Source of the DNA: Perkinsus chesapeaki ATCC PRA-425
Lineage: Eukaryota; Protista; Perkinsozoa
Assembly: GCA_013115145.1 (NCBI GenBank)
Contig: JAAPAO010000224.1
Coordinates: 1-50,873 of the forward strand
DNA length: 50,873 nucleotides
Direction: 5' to 3'
Shown: one piece after another, positions 11,840 through 22,984 of the stretch
Position numbering within the stretch: the stretch's first letter is position 1
Layout: the number at the start of each line of letters is the position of its first letter
The notes under the pieces: generated by a model
What the model was told of the DNA's origin: nothing
The model's database searches: none
What the model saw: only the letters and a program-made list of their open reading frames with translations
Translations under genes and position numbers: made by a program

Positions 11840-13400
11840 ACCGAGGGCTCCTCTCTCGAATCCGCTGGAGCCTATAACCATGCCTATCAGCAGGGAGCGC
11901 GCTACGCACTTCACAACCAACCTCAGATCCTCTGTCACCCGGCTGCTTGAACCCAGCTGCTGAGGCTGCTCGTCTGAGCTCTAACAACAGTCCAACAGGT
12001 AAATTAAGTGTAAGCCACGTCTCTTGTGAGATATCCAAAATGTTGGACGGCGAATCCAAAAGGTTCTCTCGCATGATGGTCAGAATCTACGTCTATCCAA
12101 AATATATTTGTCTTTTCTGACACCTCTAGCTACCTTTTGAATTTCTGCATCGCTGCGTCCTCTTTTCCGTAGTGATTCCCTTGCGTGGAAGATAACTTGA
12201 AAACCAGCATCGTTATTGAGAGCCATTAAACCGCATAAATGACAAAAGTCCAACTTAATGAATACGGCCTATTATAATGCTGCTGTCGAACACGAAGAGT
12301 ATTTGTGTTTTCAAGAAATTGGCTAATACGAACTAGTATGGTCGGAATGTGCTCCCTCCTTGAGGATAGTATTGCTGAGATTGAGGATGATACCTGCAAT
12401 AATGCAAATCGATCATGCAATCGATTTTTCGATCAAGCAATAAAGTCGGCATAAATATCCCTTGAAGGTTATCGCATGTCGTTGTCCATTTGCTAGCCAG
12501 GCCAAACAAAATGAATCCCTTCTCCCACCAATTTATCAACTTCTCGCTGGGACATATTGGCCACAATTTCAGAGTTGAGGCAAAGCAATATTTCGACAAT
12601 CGAAACATTTCATTCAGGATACGTTAAATACAGAAGTACTAAACGAATGGTCGTAATAGTATATCATCCCACCCTGGAGGGCCTCCATAAACCGGCCTTG
12701 GCTGCTGCTGTTGTTGTTGATCGTATCCACTGCCATACCTACTGCTGCTGCTTGTTGACCCCATACTGTACCGTCTACCATCCACCGTCCCAACACCACC
12801 AGTGTACCTATTCAAGGGAAATGGCGTACCAACTTCTCATACCATTTAGCATTAATCTTCAACGCTCGATTCCTCATATGATTTATATTCTCATCGCCAT
12901 CACGTATCTTTACTCACCCGAAAGATTCTGCGGGATAAGGCATGCCAGGATACTCCTGTTGCTGATGTTGGTGATGTGATTGTTGCATATAGCCAAAACT
13001 CGCATAATTGTTTGGACCAGACGGGGGCGGCCGCGGTGCTTCAAACCGGAGCCCTTCTCCTCCGCATCCAGGGACATAGTTGTACTCAACCGACCTCATC
13101 ATGTATCTTTCACCCTTCGAGCTTGGATACCCAGCCATTACTCTACTCGGCATCGGCTGAGCATCAAGAGGCATCTGATTCACCGGGCTCGGCATTTCCC
13201 GGTGGTGTTCTCCTCCGAAGTATCGTCCGCCTTTACCGCCGCCGCCGCTTGTTCGCGCATACGGTCCACTAGCGTACTGAGAGCCACCTTTTCTACCTGA
13301 TAATACAGATTAACGCGAAATCGATCACTTGATCGATTATCTATCATAGAACCTTTATACACCTTCAACGAATACAAAGTGTACTCTCTGTCCGAAGTCC
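11840..13400 (-). CDS. Hypothetical multi-exon protein (boundaries approximate)
   Basis: Coding-like fragments (VEKVALSTLVDRMREQAAAA; PMAGYPSSKGERYMMRS) separated by GT..AG segments; no family recognised. Confidence 0.35.
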
Positions 13401-13411
13401 AGTTTGACTCA

Positions 13412-13450
<39 letters not shown>
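13412..13450 (+). repeat. (ATG)13 microsatellite
   Basis: Perfect trinucleotide run. Confidence 0.95.
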
Positions 13451-13699
13451 CTCAATTGAGAAGCAACGACAAGCACAGCAAACCCTTCCTCTCTCAACCG
13501 CGTAAGATTTATATTTTTGGAACCCCTTCACCGACAATCGATCGAATAAAACACTTTCAGAAAACACCCATAGTTTATAGAATTATACTTTCCACTTCCT
13601 GCCTTCCAGCCAACAATAACTAACCGTTGAAATGCCAAATATCCAATTCCCTACACCCCCAAATCCTCACCGCTGCCTCCTCCTCCTCCACCCTTCCCC

Positions 13700-16100
13700 G
13701 ATAATGAGCTCTTCCGTCTACTAGTATCATTGGCCTGCGGTACTCCAATGGAATCGAGATAAGCTGCCAATTTGAAACAAGCATCATTTTGGGAATCCTA
13801 CATCAGATACGAAAAGATATCAAAACCTAAGCGGAGCGAAGCTCACTTTTTTGCAATTTTGCCAGTCCGAAACGAATTCCTTGCCCAATTGGGGGACTGT
13901 CACCGACGACTGCCACAACCCAACTTCATCCTCGGGCCGAACTCCAGGGCCGCTCTGGGACTCCGCGTTTTTTTCTGATGATGATGATCCTTCTGGACTT
14001 TCCTCTTCTTCTTCCTGAACATTAAAAGGCTAATCTTCCTTTGATTATCTTTAGCATCGGTACAGGTGTTCATGCCAGGTAGAGCGGAGTTGTGGAAGAA
14101 GAGGAATATCTTACTTTGCTGCAAACATGTTTCCATTCCATTACAGTAGCCCCTGCTTTATGCAGACTCTGTCCAAAATATCTCTGCAATCGTATATGCG
14201 CACTCTGTAGGATATTTGCGTTCGGGTCGCCACCTAGCCGGAATATCGATCCCCACCAACAAAAATAAAAGCTCTTCGTTTATCTTCCAGCAAGACGCAA
14301 TTTCATCAATTTTCTATACAAAACATTTCTACTTAACTTTTTTGCCTCTGTCGGAGAAAATTTCCAAAACCCGGGAAAATCGACAAAATTTTCCCGACCA
14401 TCTAATCCCGTTTACCATGTCTCGCGATCAAATCTCCAACATCGAGCTTCAACGTCTCGATGACGTTCCTTGCCGCCTCTCGCTGAGATATTTTTTTCAT
14501 GGGATGCCAGCATCCCATAAATTTCATCACCCGTGGAGGAGACTCTTCTTCCGGTGCGTCCAACCGGAAGGAGACCGTCGCTCGGTGCTGAACACCGAAA
14601 CCGATCTTCGTCTGTCTTCCCTATTCGACGACCATCAACAATTACCTCTAAACGCTCACCACCAGAGCCCACCATCCTCGACTCGTACTCCCACTGGAAC
14701 AGGCCGACCCCGGGAGCAGTATTACGATTTGTTACTCTTTGTACTGCCCTGAAAGCCACTTGCAGCTTTAATATCTTTCTTCGGGAAATTCTTTTCCCGA
14801 AGATTTGCCTTCTGACGGCTACCGCCTGCTTTTGTCAGAAATTTCACTGGATTCTCCCCGAGAGTAATCTCTCACGGAGCAGACAGAATGACGGAAAAAT
14901 CACCCCGCTAAGCTCCATTAAAGTCACTTTAATCCCATCACCGTCCTCATCAAATTTGACCCAACAAATATCCCAAATTTCAATCAAATTTTCAAATCAA
15001 TCAATATCAAATTTTACCGGAAAACCTCAGAAGGATCTCCGCCAACCCCCTGATGAACTTAATCCATATTACTCTTGCAGCACAGCCACCCAAGAGACAT
15101 GTGAATCGCCCATCTGCCTCAACGTATATGGCACAACTTCAAACTTGCTTAAACTTTCCAGGATGCCGGGATCGATCCGAGGACCTCTCTCTTCATGAAC
15201 TGCCTCCTTAACCTCCCCACCACTCGGTCTACGTTTCTCTTCTCCCCTTCTAGCTGCCTCCTGCCGTCGACGCTCCCATTCCTGAACGTACGAATATCAC
15301 CAAATCGACAAGCTGGACGAGCGATATCGAACCCATCTCCTCCACACCTCTGTGGTCAGTGCCGGCTCCAGTTTACCGTCGGTGGCCGCCTCTGATTGGC
15401 AATTATTTGAAGGCTGAAAAATAAGAAAAAAAACGATAAGTTTTAATACAAAAAAGAACAAAAGTTTATCAACGAAATATGGTAGAAAGTTCCCCGTCAT
15501 TAAGAAAACAAAAAATGACACTTTTATCCCCAAAAAGTTAGGCTCTACTCGACCAGAGACCATTAAACTATTTCAACTCCCCTTTGCCTCAAATTACTCA
15601 TTGGTTCAGCAAGAATGGTACGAAAAGTAGTAATTGCGTTCTATGAACGGCAATAAGGATGAATCCAGTGAATTCGTTGAGCCGCCTCCTGCTGCTGCCA
15701 GTCCATTTTCCATCACATATTTCATCAGTAATAACTACTACTACGATTTACTACCGAAAATAGCCGATCCCATAATAAAAAACCGTCCACCATTGCCCTC
15801 TACTACCTTCCCGTCTCCTTCTTCATCACCATCCAATCCAATCTCCTTTCTAACAGCCTCCATAACATGCTTCGGCAAACACAAGGCATCCCAGATATCT
15901 GGTGTAGTTGCTGCAAACGATGCGACATTGTCAAAGTAATTCTCCTCTAGAATCCGGTTAACCTGAAAAATAAGCTTATTCTTGTCATATCAGAGCAGGA
16001 CACTTTTCTGGGGAAGAGAGTGAGTGTTATACAATGATTTTTTATCGTAAAAAGTTCTAACCACGAAATTTCCGACCGATCCCAGAAGGCTTCATGGCCG
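13700..16100 (-). CDS. Hypothetical multi-exon protein, possible SAM-like helical segment (boundaries approximate)
   Basis: Exon-like fragments ILEENYFDNVASFAATTPDIWDALCLPKHVMEAVRKEI, QEWERRRQEAARRGEEKRR and basic FRKKKRKVQK. Confidence 0.35.
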
Positions 16101-16510
16101 AGAGACGCGATATCAATCCCAAAACAGTTGAAAAATATAGTCATCTTAGGTCAAGTTGATATACTGTGTCCCCATCAATAAAAATGCTGTTCTCCCCCTC
16201 CCTCCATTACTACCCTCATTATCTCCACATCTGGCTCTCCTGAGTCCCTCATATTCTCAAATACGACTTCCATAAAGTTCACATCTCCCTTTGACGAACG
16301 ATCGGGGTAGAGCCGCCCTCGAACTGCTGGCATAACAGCAACAACAATAACCGAGAGCTAAACGCAACGCGCCACTAAATAACCCCCTGAACGCTACACT
16401 GTGTCGCACTGTAAAGAATTCTTTCTAAGAAGAGACCGACGCGGATGGTTAGATACTGGGTATATTGACAACAAATTGAAGTCGAATCGATGTCGACGGA
16501 GTAAAAAGCT

Positions 16511-17769
16511 TCAGCGATCCAACTTCAAACTATCTCTTACCTGATCAAGATTCACTACCCAAATATATCATTGCCGAACACTAAATGAAGAATGTATCAT
16601 ATATATATTAACCTCTCCAACAGTATATAATAAAGTATTTCCTGTATTATTCCTCCAGTATGAAAAACTAAATCGTAATTTAACTCATGATACAGCTTTT
16701 ACAGTATATAAGATAATTCTTTCATTAATTATTACACATTCATTTCGTAAATGATCATCATCATCACATAGCCCCTTCCCCTTTCATCATCCAACTATTA
16801 CCTCCATTATAATCTTTCCAAGGTTATTCCTGCCTTTTCCACTCCGCAAAGATACCCCCCAAAAATTATCATTCCAACTATTCCCTTCAACCAATTCTCG
16901 TTCACCTGTAGCCTTCAATTTATCCCTCAATTCCTCGGACCCTTGTGTGAATTTTGCCTCGATAACTTCCCGCATCACATCAACTCTTATAGCGTCCCAC
17001 CCTGCCCTCAAAGGGCCAACCCGTCTTCCCCAGGCTTTAGCCTGACAGAAAGGGGAAAAGTAGAAATTCAAAACAGTAGGAATGTTTTGTATACCAGCTC
17101 AGACTTTAGCCGCGACATTGCAAGAACAACCATTATTGGTCTAAGACATCATCATCATCATCACCCTTTTACAGTTAAGCATATCCTATTGGCTAGTAGT
17201 TCGAATATGCCCCTATTACTTCAACCAACTTTACTAATCACAACAACAACACACCCTTCACGAATATTTATTATATTATTTTCAACGCAATGATAGTGTT
17301 GAAATTTCCCTAATTCCCTAATTTAATTTCCTATCAGGATAGCAATCACATAACGCAATAACTGAGGAATGCAAATATGCAATATTACACTTGCCGCTCT
17401 TCAAATCATTTATCGAGAATCATTCGGAGATGTTGCCAAGATACCACACCGCTGCTGCCTTGGAACCATAAAACGCTTGCCCCGTCAGTCTCCCAGGCGA
17501 GCCCCCCTTCCCCGTATACTATTACCGATGCTGGAGTGTCGCATGTTTTAACCATCCTTTTTCGTTCTTCAATATCGAGAATTTTCTGAGCTTGGAAAGC
17601 ATGCTCACCAGTTGGGTATAAAATACCTGCTCGACTGCAGTAATTTCGCGGCGTGTGACGCAATACTCCTACCGTCTTTCATTTTGACTGGATATGGACT
17701 GAAGTTTGATAGAAAATAAAACTCTCCACGGAAAGTTGTGATTGCGTCTGATGAAGCTCGGGGAATCAT
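16511..17769 (-). CDS. NADAR / YbiA-family protein, 4 exons
   Basis: Spliced product ITTFRGEFYFLSNFSPYPV..|GILYPTGEHAFQAQK..PAS|AKAWGR..KFTQ..LVEGNSWNDNFWGV..GKGRNNLGKIIME|VRDSL carries the NADAR motifs. Start codon provisional. Confidence 0.9.
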
Positions 17770-17793
17770 CGGAAAAACGATGAGCAAGTTGAG

Positions 17794-17839
17794 CTATTCT
17801 GTATTTTGCACTCTCAACCTCAGGAATCCTTAACTAAAC
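17794..17839 (-). repeat. Dispersed intron-like element, copy A (46 nt, GT..AG)
   Basis: gtttagttaaggattcctgaggttgagagtgcaaaatacagaatag; 40/46 identical to copy B. Confidence 0.75.
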
Positions 17840-18253
17840 ACCAATTTAATTTAGTCCACTCTTGGAGGAAAATTGGAAATCTCCAACCAATACAAACGAG
17901 CTGTCTTTCACGAGGAGTCATTTCCAATATCATCATCTCTTGGCATACTATCTCATAGAAGTGTAGGTTCTGTAAGGGAGCAAGTTCAACGACCGGCATA
18001 CGCAAAGTCGGTTGGCGCGCGCCTCGGCGGTCGACGAGGTTGACTAGCCTCGAGGTTGCCATAAGTACAAGACAGCGGTACGGGCGTCTTGTCGAATGGG
18101 GTGCCTGAAATCGGTGGCCTCCGGTCACTGTCGGGCTGACTATGCCTGTGTTTTGGGCTCACTACGTGTATTTTTTTTTTTGAAGTATATATGTGCAGGG
18201 GCCCTCGCTCAATGTTGTATGGTGTATGGTCTCAGACATCTGCATCATTTGCT

Positions 18254-18294
18254 GGTATGTAAGGTGGTGGGCCACCACTGGTGGCTTACATACC
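18254..18294. repeat. 41-bp hairpin with perfect 10-bp terminal inverted repeats
   Basis: GGTATGTAAG-gtggtgggccaccactggtgg-CTTACATACC. Confidence 0.85.
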
Positions 18295-18466
18295 TTTAGC
18301 AGATAGACCATTCACTCACAACGGTTGAGGGCGACAGGGAGCTGCCTCCGTTTACAAGGATTCCGGCAGCTACCCTGCCAACCACCCAAACCGCTGCACA
18401 AATATATATATACATGGTATGAGTTTGACGTTAGAAGGGAGTTGACCGAAAGATACACGACTCGAC

Positions 18467-18512
18467 CTATTCTGTATCTTGCACGCTCAACCTCAAGATA
18501 CCCTAACTAAAC
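18467..18512 (-). repeat. Dispersed intron-like element, copy B (46 nt, GT..AG)
   Basis: gtttagttagggtatcttgaggttgagcgtgcaagatacagaatag, with internal 8-bp inverted repeat GTATCTTG/CAAGATAC. Confidence 0.75.
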
Positions 18513-18569
18513 GCATTATTAGCTTTGAAATCTGCTAGCAATATAATTAACAGTACTTCCTTTACTATC

Positions 18570-21500
18570 TTACCAGCTCTTCGCATGGTAGATAGTAAAG
18601 GTAGGTGTGAACCCTCCAGTAAGCGTTGACCTTCTCATCGAAGGTAGACTATTAATCTTTATTTCCTCCGACCCTCCTATCTCAACATCACCATCGTCAC
18701 ATCTCGGTCTTGTCGGATCACTAAGATTCTCTACATCCAAATCAATAGGAAATATCCTATCAATAAGCCTCGAGAAAGCTCCTCTCTTTTCCTTCGGCAA
18801 TACCGGATAATATAAAGCCATACATACAGCCAAGTGAATCACACACAACGGTATGAGCGATAATGGATGGGCCTCGCTGACCAGCTCCACACAAACGTTA
18901 AAGATGGACCAGAACGCTACAAATACAAAAAACACAATCCTTCTACCCACAGTTGACGTTTTCTCAACGGCTCTCGCTCCAGTAAGGATAATAAATATAT
19001 AAAGTGGCATTCTAGTGAAGGCTAATAGAACTTGTGGAAGGAAACATATTAAGGCCCAAAGGGGACCCCAGAAGATGGCATCCGGAGCAATGAAACATAC
19101 TGCTAGGTTTATATAGACCGTTGATAATAGAATAACCTAAAAGGAGAAAATTAGTGAAAGTAGTTAAAATAAAAAATGATATAATACGCTAAAATAACTA
19201 AATACACTGTAATATACTATATAGTATTCAATAATAGTATATAATATATAGTATATACCTTTATACTACTATTAATAATATACACTATGAGGACCTTTAT
19301 AATACAGTCCTCCAAACTAACTTAGAATATCACGTTTTTGTGACTATTCTCTGCCAGATTTGCGACTCTATGCCCAAAACTCAGAGAGCCTCGTTCTAAC
19401 ATAGCCTTCAATATACCACCGAAGTTTCAGCGCCTAACACTCACTGGTTATTGAGAACTGAGGAATCGGCACGGAAAAGTTGCCAAATTGACTTAGAATA
19501 CACACCTTAATTTTGGTCCAAAAATCACGATTTTTCTTAAGGAAGTACCTCGAGATAGAACAGTTCGATTATAACTCTCGTAGTACTTGAAACCTATCAT
19601 ATACGGTGCTCACCCCTTAAAGTTTCATTGAGCAGTCGGAAGTAGTTGAGGATAATACTAATAATATACACTATAAGGACCTTTATAAAACTATTAATAA
19701 TATACACTATAAGAAGCTTTATAATACTATCAATAATAGTCTATTAATAGTATACACTATAAGGGCCCTTCCCATACTATTGTTCATACCGTTCCCTTAT
19801 TATTACGTATTTAAATGGTATGGTACCCCTACGGATCCCCAATGCCTGTCTAGCTTCCCTTCCAACATCTGTTCTAACAATCCTTTCAAATGCCAGTAAA
19901 TCACCGTCATACATATCTGATATATTCTGCATCACATACCTAATAACAACAACAAATCGTCACTGCGCCACAAAAATAAACACTTACTCTCGATCACTCT
20001 CTACTGTACACTTTGTGTTGTCCATTTCAAAAGTTTTGATTTGATTTACCAGCGCGTCTGAGTCTTGAACGTATCTCAACGCAAATGGACATAACACTGC
20101 CGCGAGTAGCAACCCTTCTGGTATGGCACAGATAAATCTAGCTTTAAGACTGGCACTGAATGACCCGACGAATGCCTGAACAAAAACGCGCTAAGGAATG
20201 GGACACTTTCAGGGGAGGGAGGTCGAAGCGGATATCAACAGTCCATATTATTAGATAGACCTTACGTATACGATTATTATTACATAACCCCAAGAAGACT
20301 AACGAGGCCTTCACAATTTGAAGCGAAAACACAAAAAGAAAGGACTTAGTAAATCTGTGCGAACCAAGTACCAATAAAGATATGCATCAAGGTAGAATAT
20401 ATGATATACAACAAAGCATTGATCATGTTGGTAATTTAGACGTTCACAGGTGGTGAAGCATAAGTCTAAATGTTACTCGGTATACAGGTTGATATGTGGA
20501 TAATTATAGCCCTTATTGTTATTACCACTTCAACGCTTAATAAAACGTTGCCAAAGAATCCCACCAATGTAAAGGCAAATACGAATTTAAGTAATGGTAG
20601 AGAAACAAATTGAACTTTATCAGTCCAATTGCTACCAAACATGAACCTAATAATACACAGATAAATAACACATCATTCATACACTAACGTTAGTAGCACG
20701 AAATCCTAGAAGGCAGTAAAGTCTTTGAAGGCCGTCCAGCTTGATGGTTTCCGGCAAAGCTCCCCATCTCATCGACGGGTATGAATTAGTTAGATTTCAA
20801 ACTAACGGAGATGCAGAAATCACGGACATTTCCCAACCAACCCCTCCACCACCGCCTGGTAATGAGTCAAGTGATTACTTCCTCCTTTCCCCGTCCCTTT
20901 TATTACTCTCGTATTCCTTTTGCAATCCTACAAAACTGCTCTCCGCAAGCATTAGATGAGACTTGGCTTTCAGCAGCAGCAACACGTCTGCCGACTGCTT
21001 TTTTATAGCTCATGAATGCAGCCAACTCATAGACGCACCAAAGACGCTCAAAATAGCAATTGGACCACATAACAATCATTGAGGATGACCGAGACAAGCA
21101 TGAACCAAGGGAACGGATGCCAACCTCCTTCATTACAGGCTAATCAAAATATACAATCAATAATTATAGAACTGATGATATCATCATTCAACTCTGGCTT
21201 ATATTTCAAGTGATATATGATGTTAGGGGCGGCGCCTCTATCATAACAAATAACTAACAACATGACTTCCCTTTATAGTATACATTCCATTATACTTGCT
21301 AATCGTTCCTCTTTGCTTTAACCACCCCTTTACCTCATAATGCTATCTATCCAACCCTTATTACATCATCCTGTGGTATACAACAATTATCCACAAATAG
21401 TTTATAACTGCTCCTGGCTAACTGGACATTTGGTAATAGAAGTATGATTACAAATACACCAGTACCTACCAATAACCACCAGCAGAATAAGATACTTCAT

Positions 21501-22688
21501 AACATTCTATTTCTAATAACACTGATAATAATAATAAGAAAAGCACGACGGTCTTGTGTGTTTTTAATGCAGAAAGAAGCGGTTGAAAAACTTCTATTAC
21601 TTAGCCAATTTTTGTTATAAAGTACTAAAATTCATCTGCATTTTCACACAGGAGTTTTCCATATAGCAAATCAGTAAAGTGTGATTCTGTTAGTAACTTA
21701 TTTCTCCACGTTACTTGGATACCGCACCAATGCCCAGGAGGTATCCCTCGAATGTAAGTATGATGATAACTAATGTCATTTAAGAGCATAATACTCTACT
21801 ATAATACAATGACTACCTCCTCCCATTATTACTAATACAAGCTAATAAATGAGCAGTTGGTATGTTATCTTCATCATATACACTTTGGTAATAATAAACA
21901 TACAAAACTATCAATACTTCAATTATTGCTGTTAATATAGCCAACCAAGATGCTCTTTGATAATTAAATATATAGCACAATGACAGGACTCTGAAAAAAG
22001 GGAAATCCTGCAATCTCAACAGAACATCTTTGAATCAACATGGCTCAATCGCCTAACCATCGCCAAATGCTCCTACACACGCAATACACAAGATTTACCA
22101 AGTTTAATAGCGTCGGTCATAAAGTAAGTTTACGGCAAGCGCAAGGGTGAGAGTGCATCCAACTATTCCTCCTATAGTTCACTACCGCCGAATTAGCCCC
22201 CCCAGCTCGTAGTTATAAACCTACACTGGTGAACATGATCATATTAATAACGTATACAATGTGATGCCCAGTAACCCTCTTATTATTATTACTTCTCCCA
22301 CCATGGAGCACTCCACGAATGGCTGACAAAAAAGTCTAGATGGGCGACATTAACGGAATTGGAGTATCCCTTCCGTATCGAGTGGGCGGCATCACCACCT
22401 TGATTAAAGGGGTTTCCTAAACCAGGATTTGAACCCGAGTCGTCTGCATTAAAGCCCACCTATCCATCTCATTAGTCTGTTGGCAGGTACCCCTCTCAGT
22501 GCTAAACTCCAGGAATCGTCCCCGTCAGCCAGCTCAACAGCAGCAGCAGCACCCGATCCCTCTATACCAGATGGTACCGTCATTTCTGATACCATTATTT
22601 TCCGAGTTCCCAAGCGACCCAAATTACCTTCGCCATTTGCGTTTTCCGGTTCTCCTTTTTCTGGTACTTCAATCACATTCGCTGCCAT
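18570..22688 (-). CDS. Multi-pass membrane protein with split TIR/HET-like domain, many exons
   Basis: LDFFVSHSWSAPWWEK|VLSLCYIFN, then hydrophobic helices, LFVDNCCIPQDD, GIRSLGSCLSRSSSMIVMWSNCYFERLWCVYELAAF, then further hydrophobic exons. Confidence 0.75.
19269..19770 (+). repeat. AT-rich ~36-bp minisatellite (4 copies) interrupted by a ~350-bp insert, intronic
   Basis: Unit ctattaataatatacactataaggacctttataata at about 19269, 19658, 19691 and 19741. Confidence 0.8.
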
Positions 22689-22984
22689 ATGACAGGCAAA
22701 TCAGAGTCGCATCAACTGCAAACCCAAAGGTCCCCGGTTCGACCCCCACTCCCGTTGATTTAACCATCACTTTTACCAAACAACGACCAGAGCTCTCAAG
22801 TCAACACCTCAATGTCGTACATGACCCACCAACGTTGCGGAAATGCAAGATCCGCAAGAAGAGCAAGATTTTATAAATATGCCACAAAGGCGAAATATGT
22901 AGAAATATTACAGAACAGAAATTTGGCAAAAAGAAACATAAACGGCAAGATCGAAGGATAGTTTTGTGGCGCGTGAGAACGCAG

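Noticed and set aside
13180-13497. ORF with a poly-Ile run
   Set aside because: The run is the translation of the (ATG/CAT)n microsatellite; only the 3' part of this ORF looks exonic.
17840-18530. A distinct protein-coding gene between the TIR-like and NADAR genes
   Set aside because: In-frame splice paths can be drawn, but none gives a recognisable protein or an unambiguous join to NADAR.
22421-22750. Functional tRNA genes
   Set aside because: No complete cloverleaf; the T-stem of the Cys-like piece does not pair.
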